This document shows, one piece after another, positions 56,501-64,000 of a DNA stretch of 64,000 bases. The position numbers and the translations under genes are program-made. Numbering within the stretch: position 1 is the first letter of the stretch; each line of letters starts with the position of its first letter. Source of the DNA: Emiliania huxleyi CCMP1516 (taxonomy: Eukaryota); the NCBI RefSeq assembly GCF_000372725.1, contig NW_005201792.1, forward strand, positions 251,440-315,439. Reading direction: 5' to 3'. The notes below the pieces were generated by a model. The model was not told the DNA's origin and ran no database searches. It was given only the letters and a program-made list of their open reading frames with translations.

Positions 56501-58970
56501 CGGGGACGAGCTTGTCCGAGGTGAGCGTGCCCGTCTTGTCAAAGAAGACGGCGTCCACCTTGCCGGCCATCGGCAGCCGGAAGGGCTCGGTGCAAAAGAT
56601 GCCCGCCTTGAGCAGCGCCATGAGGGCGGTGTTGACTGCCATCGCCGTCTGCATCGGCAGGTGGCGCGGCACGACGGACGTGAGGATGATGACGCAGCGC
56701 AGCAGCAGCTCGTGCGTGGTGCGGTCGCCCTTCTCGAGCCCCTTGTGGAAGACGTAGCCCGCCGAGACGCAGGCAAACGCAAAGAGCAGCAGCAGCGCCG
56801 CCATCGTCTCCTTGGAGTCGTCCGAGACCGCCTGCTGCGAGAACTCGATCATCTGCATCAGCTCGCCCTGCGAGCTCGAGAAGCCCGTGCGCAGCACGTA
56901 GCAGAGGCAGCCGCCGTCCGGCGTCGCAGGCACACCCGTGCCCGCCGAGTCGGCGCCGGCAGAGCTCTGCTGCATCGCAGCGATGATGGACGTGCCCGCA
57001 AAGAGGGCGTGGACGCGGTCGCCGCCCTCGATGTCGAGCGCGCGGCCCGCCGTCGCCGGCTCCACCGCGAGCCTGTCCTTCATCTGCGGCACCGACTCGC
57101 CGGTCAGCGTCGCCTCGTTGACCACCGCAGAGCCGCGCAGCAGCAGGCAGTCGCACGGCACCACGTCGTTGATCGGCTCGCCCGGCGGAGGCGGCGTGGC
57201 GCCGGGGGCGGGCTGGCCGGCCGCCGGCGCGGGCGTGCCCGGCTTGCGAGGCGGGAGGAGCGAGATGAGGTCTCCTGGAAGCAGGTCGACCGTGGAGACG
57301 CGCTGCCAGGCCTATCCATCAACCATCCATCGCTCGCAACCAATCGAAGCAAGCCGGCGGTGGAGGCGCGCTGCCAGGCCTTCGTGCGGAAGACAAAGAC
57401 GCCAAACGGCTTGGCGGACATCGAGTTGAGGGTCTTGAAGGTGCGCTGCCGCTGCATGACCGAGGTCGACTCGAGGAGGAGGATCGTGAAGACCTGGAAG
57501 GCGGTGAAGCCGTACGAGACCGCGTCGAGGAGCCACAGCACCGAGCAAAACATCTGAAAGATGACGAGCGGGGAGAGGAGCTGCTCGATGTACAGGTCGA
57601 CGAACCGCGGCGTCTTGACGGAGAGCACGTTGGGGCCGAACTGCTCGGCGCGCAGCGACACGTCCTCATTCTTGGCCAGCCCGGCCGAGGCCGCGTAATG
57701 CGACGCGGGCAGCCCGACCGGGCAGCGCATCAGCCTCACCGCGCCGTCGTAGCCGTCTGCCACCGGCTCGTCCTCCGCGGCGGCGTCGCCGCGCATGAAG
57801 AGCTCGTAGCGCTGGCGCTGGAACTCGCAGACGAGGCGGCCTACAGGCGAGGCTGCAGGCAGGCTCCAGACAGGCTCCAGCACTGCGCTGCACACCGCGG
57901 GCGGCGGGGGCGGCCGGTGCGAGTGGAGCGGGAGACACGCGCGAGCGCGGGCTTGCCCTTGTGCTTCTCTGGCTTAAAGCAGAGGTAGACGCCGGGCTCG
58001 AGCGAGCGGGCGGGCGCGTAGAAGGCGCGCAGCCGAAAGTCGATCTGCCAGCGGGGCATGAGGTAGAAGAGCGCGTTGCATGTGCAGAGGAGGAAGAGCA
58101 GCACGCAGGCTCCGGCAGAGGGCAGCCACTCGTGGGGAAGGGGCCGCTCCTTCTTCTCGATCTGCGGGGGGGGGGGGGGGGGGGGGGGTCAAAACCGGGG
58201 GGCGTGCGTGCGGAAAGGAGGGGAAGAAGGGCCGCGGGGGGCGGCGGGGGGGGGGCGGGGTGCGAGGGCGGGCTCCGAGAGAGGCTGGGGGGAGGGGTTG
58301 GGACAGGCGGCACCTCCTCGAGCTCTGCGTCGACCGTGGCGTTCTTACCCTTGCCGCCGGCGAGGGCCTCGCGCTTCTCGCGCTCGAAGCGCTTGCGGTC
58401 GACCTCCGCCATCTGGGCGAACTTGCTCTGCGAGCCCCCGTCGAGGGCGAGCCACTCTGCCTTGGCCATCTCCGCCACCTCGTCGTCGCCCACGCCAGGC
58501 AGCGCCTGCTTCAGCCTCGCGCTACTCGCCTCGGTGTAGTACTCGAGCGCCGACTTGGCGGGCTTGAGCTCGCTCACCTTGCCGCCGCCGCCTCCTCCTC
58601 CTCCGCCGCCGCCGCCCGCACGGCTCGGCGCGGACTCGTCGTCCTCGAAGAGCTCATCGTCCGCAAACGGATCGTGCATCTCCGCCGCCTTGCCGGCGCC
58701 GCCCCCGCCCGCCGCGGCGGCGGGAAGCTCGTCCGCTCCGACCCAGCCGCTGTCGGCGGCGCCGTCCTCGCCAGCCTTGGCTTTTGCCAGCGCATCGAGC
58801 CGGTCGCGCTCAACCAACGCCTGCTTGTACGGGTCACCGATGGTCTGCCACACGTAGCTGCCGGCGAGCGCGTAGAGGATGGCAAAGACGGCGGGGATGA
58901 GCGCGCGTTTGCCTGGCTGATTCCTGTATGGCGCGACCGACGAAAGCGTCGGCGGATGCTCGAGCCGCAT
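53507..58970 (-). CDS. ATP13A1: P5A-type ATPase (Spf1/ATP13A1-like), multi-exon
   Basis: VNEATLTGES, VLRTGFSSSQG, IFCTEPFRLPMAGKVD..FDKTGTLT, GDPIE, HHFSSALQRMS, KGSPE, MLTGD, CGDGGNDCGALKQA, GDASVAAPFTS, RQGRCTL and VNYKGRPW motifs. Confidence 0.95.
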
Positions 58971-59076
58971 GGGGAGAGCACCAGGCGGCTCGGGACACGC
59001 CGATCGCTTTGGGGTGTTTGGGGAAGAATTCAGAATTCGCAGTGCCCGACCCCGAGCACGGCCGCTCGCGTAGCGC

Positions 59077-59237
59077 TCTCAATGACAATGTCCCAACCCC
59101 CCTGCGCGCGGGCCTTCAAAGGCCCGCGGGTAGCCTCCCCCCATCCCCAGTGCCTCCAGGGCGCTCGCATCTCAACCTCTCATAACCAGCGCGCAGCGCT
59201 GGGGTATTTTTCTCACTCAATAACCAGGTCTGTGAAC
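59077..59237 (-). repeat. Dispersed ~170-bp element, copy 3
   Basis: Same motif order as copies 1 and 2, including the GCGGGCC-loop-GGCCCGC hairpin and the CTCAATAAC..TGTGAAC end. Confidence 0.88.
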
Positions 59238-59325
59238 GGCGGCGTGTGAACGGCGGCGAGCCTCCCTGCCTCCCCTTTCAGGACAGTGAGGACGCGGAAA
59301 GCCAGTTGACGCAGTAACGCACAAT

Positions 59326-60327
59326 ATGGGGCAGCCTCGCCGACTCCGCCCGCATCGTCACCCGCAGCATGACCCACACTCCTTTTGGGCCTTCAAATGG
59401 CCGCCTCCACCGCTGCCAGCTCCTCCGCCAGCGCCGCCGGCGCCGCCGCCACCATCTCCAGAGCCGCCCGCGCCTCCGCCTCCACCGTGCCGGACAAGGC
59501 TCGAGCCGGCCTGCACAACGCCCTGTGGTAGCGCCGCTGGCGAATCCTTCTCCAGCGCCATCGACACTCTGCCCGCGGCGGCGCCCGCCGACTCCTGCTT
59601 CAGCTGCGTCTCTCTGCCGCTCTTCGGCTCGTGGGCGGAGGAGCCCTATGCGGGCTGGTGCCACCGCAGGCCGTCTGGGTGGCCGACATGGCGCGCGGAC
59701 GGCTGGGTGCGCGACAAGTGCTGCGCGCTCGTCCCTTGCTGGACGTGCGAGGGCATCCGGAGATACCAGCACGCGCTCGTGCAGCCGCGCGCGCCGCCGC
59801 CGCCGCCTCCCCAGTGGCCGGCAGGAGTTGACGAGGGCGAGGAGGGCGAGGAGGGCGAGGAGGGCGAGGAGGGCGAGGAGGGCGAGGAGGGCGAGGAGGG
59901 CGAGGAGGGCGAGGAGGGCGGAGCCGAGGCAGACGACGAGGGTGCGGGCGAAGGGGATGAGGGCGAGGGCGAGGGCGACGAGGGCGAGGGACGGTCGCCT
60001 GCGCCTCGGACGCCGCCGCCTCCGCCTCCGCCGCAGCTTCTGCCGCGCCTCGGGCCAGGTAGGCTGCCGCCGTCCCCGCAGGCACGCGTGGTCATGCGAC
60101 TCCTGAATTCCTCCCTCTTCGCCCTCGCCTTTGTGGTGGCGTGCGTCGCCCAGTGCGTCTGGGCGAGGCGCAAGAGACGGCGCGGCGACTCGCGCACTCC
60201 GGGACCTCGCCCCCACCGCCTTGGTCTGCCGCTGGGTCCGATCCTACCCGCGCGGAGGGCCAAGGGGTTTGAGCTTGTCCGGGAAGGAACGGCCCCAGAA
60301 CCACACATAGACGTGGCGGCGGCTTGA
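59326..60327 (+). CDS. Hypothetical Pro-rich/Cys-rich protein with (GEE)n tract and C-terminal TM helix
   Basis: 333-aa ATG ORF with a Cys/Trp-rich segment, a GAGGAGGGC repeat at 59833-59920, and LFALAFVVACVAQCVW followed by RRKRRR. Confidence 0.55.
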   Translation: MGQPRRLRPHRHPQHDPHSFWAFKWPPPPLPAPPPAPPAPPPPSPEPPAPPPPPCRTRLEPACTTPCGSAAGESFSSAIDTLPAAAPADSCFSCVSLPLFGSWAEEPYAGWCHRRPSGWPTWRADGWVRDKCCALVPCWTCEGIRRYQHALVQPRAPPPPPPQWPAGVDEGEEGEEGEEGEEGEEGEEGEEGEEGEEGGAEADDEGAGEGDEGEGEGDEGEGRSPAPRTPPPPPPPQLLPRLGPGRLPPSPQARVVMRLLNSSLFALAFVVACVAQCVWARRKRRRGDSRTPGPRPHRLGLPLGPILPARRAKGFELVREGTAPEPHIDVAAA

Positions 60328-60491
60328 CGAAATTCATCTCAATCAAATTGTTTGCCCACACCTCACACGCGCTAAGGCCTAAGCGATTTATCATTATCTC
60401 TCTCTGAAACTCTCTTTTCAACTCTCACAGCTCACACACCTCCAGCAGCGACCTGGGGAAGGGTCGAGGGTTTACGATTTTTTATGGATTA

Positions 60492-60645
60492 TGTCACAAG
60501 TCACATATGTGTGAGAGAGGAGGGTCCCATGACACCATGTGTGTTGACTCATGAGTCATGTGAAGAAGCGCACCGTATATACTCGCAATATTACGCGGTA
60601 TGAGGAAACCCACACGCGACACGGTGTGTGATGTTACTTGTGACA
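60492..60645. mobile_element. 154-bp MITE-like element with 15-bp TIR
   Basis: TGTCACAAGTCACAT ... ATGTTACTTGTGACA (14/15 match) and an internal TGACTCATGAGTCA palindrome. No TSD is seen. Confidence 0.5.
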
Positions 60646-60655
60646 CGTCCGTCGC

Positions 60656-63450
60656 TCACACCTCACTCACTCGTCCGCTCTCCATCTCTCCCTCGGCCTT
60701 CCCCTTCTCCGCCAGCGTCCACACGTGCACAACGCCGTCGTCGCCGCCCGCCACGACCGCGGTGCCGCCGTGCGTCGCCACCGAGCGCACTCCCCACTGG
60801 CGCGCGTGCGACTGCGCTCGCAGCGTGCGCAGCGCGGTGGCGGCGCCGCGGCCGGCGGCGAGGCGAGCGACGTCGAAGAGCATCACGCAGATGTGGCCTC
60901 CCTCGCCGTCCGCCGAGAGGGCTCCTCCCGCCACGAGCAGGTGGCAGTCGAGCGCGAGGGCCCACACCTTTGCAGCGCGAGGGCGGGGAGTGTGGGACCG
61001 CGGCGGCCAAGCTTTGCCCATCGGCCAGCGGGGCGGAGAGACGCGTGGTATCACTGCGCTGAAGGGCGCGCGCCTTGCCCGGCAGCTGCAGCGTCTGCAG
61101 AGAAGCTCCCGCGTCGTTGCTCCACCGGCTGTAGCTGTAGTACGACGGGGCGCTTGCGTCGAGGCCATACTTCTCAAACTTACGCGCGTGTCCGTGCTTC
61201 ATCCCCGTCGCCTTGGCCACCTCCGCCCGCTGCGAGGCGTCCATCCGTTGGAGCGACTCGAGGTCGAGGTACCCCGCCGCGTCAAAGGCGGCGGAGTACC
61301 TCTGCAGCCCGATGCGGCCGAGCGCCACGGCGACGTCCGTCAGCGCCAGCCAATACACCCGCTCCGCCTCGGTGCCCGCCGGCCACAGCCGCACGGTGTT
61401 GTCGTCGCCGCCGGTGGCAATCAGCCCGCCTGAGCACCGCAAGTCGCGGCGTTTGGGAGCGGGAGGGAGGGCGTCGGGAGGGAGGGCGTCTCGGGCAGCG
61501 ATCGTCTCCGCGCGCCCCCGATCGCACACGCGTACAGCGGCGCGGTGTGCTCGCGCAGCCGGCGGAGCGGCGCCTACCCGGCCGGCGGCGGTGCGCGGTC
61601 AGACCACCGGCACAGCCCCACACGGGCCGCACAGGAAGCCAACGCGGCGCCAGCTCGGGCGGCGCGCTCGCGTCGCCAGATTGGCTTGGCACCGCGCGCC
61701 ACACGTCCGTGAAGCCGGACCCGAGGTGCGGCGGCGGCCGGGTGAGGTCGAGCGGGTTGTGAGTGACGACGACGAGGCCGTCGGCGGCCGCGAGCGCCGA
61801 CACATCTCCCGCGCCGTCGTCGAGTCGCGCCTCCCCTCGGCCGTCGTAGTAGCGCGCCACGGAGACGGCCGGCGGAGGCGTGGAGGAGGAGTGGTCGCTG
61901 CTGAGGCGCCACGTCCGCAGCACGCGGCAGGGAGGGGCCCCACCCCCTGCGGCGGCGGCCGCCGCGCCGGCCTGCTCGGGCTGACGGCGAGGGGCGGGGG
62001 GGCAAGCGGAGGGTGAGCGGCGGGTGGGTGAGGGGCAGGGGAGTTGGGAGGGGGCGGGGAGGAGGGAGGCGGCGGCGGGGAGGGAGGGGGCAGAGGCACC
62101 TGCTCTGCGTAGCCAGCCTCGACGAGCGTGCCGTCGTCGAGCCACGCGGCGGCGGCGACAGAGGGGGGCGCGTCCGTGTGGGAGAGGCGCGCGCGCTCGA
62201 CGTAGTTCCACTCGTGCGTGGACGGGTTTGGCGGCTGCATCCCGGCGGCGGCGATGCGCTCCTGCAGGGAGGGAGCGAGAAGGGTGCGGCAAGGGTCGTG
62301 GACACACCCTGGCGGCGATGGCTGCGCGCCGCGGCGAGGTGGACCTGCGGCGGGTCATGCTGGCTGGTGAGGGAGGGGGGTGGAGGAGGAGGTGGCAGAG
62401 AAGGGGGGGGGGGGGGGGAGGAAAAGCAGGTGGTGGAAGGGGAGAGGGAGCGGTGCGGTGCGCCGGCTCGAGCTCGTGTACACGCAGCGTGCTGCTGCGT
62501 TCGCACGCCGTCAGCAGCGCCCCGCTCGGCCGCACCTCTGCGGCGGTGAGGTGGGAGCCGTGCCTGCGACGGGAGATGCGGCCGACGTGCAGCCGAGTGG
62601 CCGCCTCTCCTCACCTCTGCGGGGGTGGGGGGAAGCGTTGCCGGAGGGCGACGGAGAGCGGCGCCGCCTCGAGGGTGTTGCCGCGGGGAGTGACGCCAGA
62701 CACGCGCGAGATGCCTACCGGCGATAGACTGTGCGTGAAGCGCGCAATCGCTCGTGAGTGTGCCGGTGCCGAGGCGGGGAGAGGCGCGCCGTCGAGGCCG
62801 CCGCTCGCGACGAGGTGGCGCGATCGGCGCGCGCGCAGACCGCGGGCGGGCGGCGGCGCCGCGTCTGGCCGGTCGGCGCGGACGATGGCGTCCGGAGCCG
62901 CCGAGACGCTCTTGACCGCCTGGTTGTGCGTCGGGCCCTCGACCTCCGTCGTCGTGCGCGTGAGCGGCTCATGCAGAAACTGGGCGAGCGACGGCGCCAT
63001 GTCGCCGAGTTGAGCCGCGGTCAGCCGGCTCTCGTGACCGATCGGATGCAGCACCACCATCACGAGGTCGCCGCCCGCCTCGCCCTCCTCGTCCACCTCG
63101 GCTCCGCCTGCGAGCGCGAGCTCCCGCTCGCCGGCAGTCGAGCAGCGCAGCGACACGACGGTCTGTCCGAGCGGCTGGCTCAAGGCCACGTGCAGGGTGT
63201 CGCCGCCGGCGGCCCACTGCGCGGCGTGCAGCGCCGTGCGGTTGCTGGCGGACGCGCACCAGTGCTCGCTGTTGAGAACAAGTGGCACATCCGCCGTGAA
63301 GGGAGAGGCGAGCTGCCGCACCGCCGCGAGGGACGCAAAGTCGCAGTGGAGCAGCAGGCACCAGCGGAGGTCGACACTCTGCACAAAGATGTCGAACGTC
63401 GCCGCCTCGCCTTCCAACTCGTGCGTCGGGGGCGATTGGGAGCGGTTCAT
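60656..63450 (-). CDS. WD40-repeat protein with N-terminal F-box-like motif and inserted SAM domain, multi-exon
   Basis: LRWCLLLHCDFASLAAVRQL (F-box-like); HNQAVKSV..LVASGGLD, LIATGGDDNTVRLW and VVAGGDDGVVHVW (WD40); DVAVALGRIGLQRYSAAFDAAGYLDLESL..GMKHGHARK (SAM). Confidence 0.75.
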
Positions 63451-64000
63451 ACAGGATTCCTAAATGGGCCCACGCGGAGAGGACGAAGGTGCGAACTCGG
63501 CCCCGATCCTTCTCTTCTGCGCGACCACTCGGGGAAAAGGTGTGTCGACCCCAAATCGGGTCCGGACTTCGGACCCGATTACGCTGCCGCCTCGCGCGCA
63601 CCGCTGCTGCCCTCGCCAGCAGCCGCCGCGGTCGCAGTGCCATCGTACGGACTGGCGGTCGACTCGCCACATCGATTTCAACTCACGCGACGCGCTCGGC
63701 CTCCGCTGGCGGCTGCCGCAAGAGCGGCTGGCTCACGGCAGCGTCTCGCCGGTTGCCGGATAGGAGAGTACAGAACGTCTGGAGTGTAACTGTGTACGTG
63801 AGATCGGTTTTGATAACAAGCACGGTCGATCCGTCAAAGCGATACACTCGTTCGCTATCTCGCTGGAGGGCTGGCACGGAGCTCTGTGCCGACAAACAGG
63901 AAGAGCCGAGCGGCAAGAAGGGCTCGATGGGGAGCGAGAACCGTCAGAGGTGCTCACCCAGGTTTCGGAAGTCCGCCTTGATGCGGTCGGTTCCCCCCAG

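Noticed and set aside
7792..58970. Apparent metal/calcification cluster (NRAMP, NIPA, EF-hand, P5A ATPase, GT47, GH28)
   Set aside because: The genes are interspersed with unrelated housekeeping genes over 50 kb, and nothing in the sequence shows co-regulation.

Overview
GC-rich, intron-containing eukaryotic DNA. The GC-AG/GA-AG introns, (CCG)n tracts and gene content suggest a haptophyte alga such as Emiliania/Gephyrocapsa huxleyi (inference, not shown by the sequence alone). About 20 protein genes or fragments are recognisable: two SPPPP/Cys-repeat surface proteins, two DUF1152 copies, a GT47 exostosin-like glycosyltransferase, NRAMP, a MORN-repeat protein, a JmjC oxygenase, sarcosine/dimethylglycine dehydrogenase, a truncated GH28, two ankyrin genes, Mpv17/PMP22, R2R3-Myb, an RFWD3-like RING protein, an AAAP transporter, TEX261/Svp26, signal peptidase I, L-aspartate dehydrogenase, a NIPA Mg transporter, an EF-hand protein, a P5A ATPase and an F-box-like/WD40/SAM protein. 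The region has been rearranged by an inverted segmental duplication (2327-4190 vs 27868-29742). It also carries many small mobile elements: a TA-flanked MITE, an 88-bp TG..CA fold-back with a 5-bp TSD, a KDZ/CxC5 transposon remnant and an LTR-element remnant. The most unusual signals are: (1) several introns whose 5' end copies the start of the next exon; (2) a P5A ATPase with an HMG-box-like insert and a PRHLP M4 motif; (3) a ~170-bp dispersed element sitting in the same orientation just upstream of three unrelated genes. Gene boundaries were read by eye and are approximate. Several single-base frameshifts may be assembly errors. No CRISPR array, rRNA or tRNA was seen.
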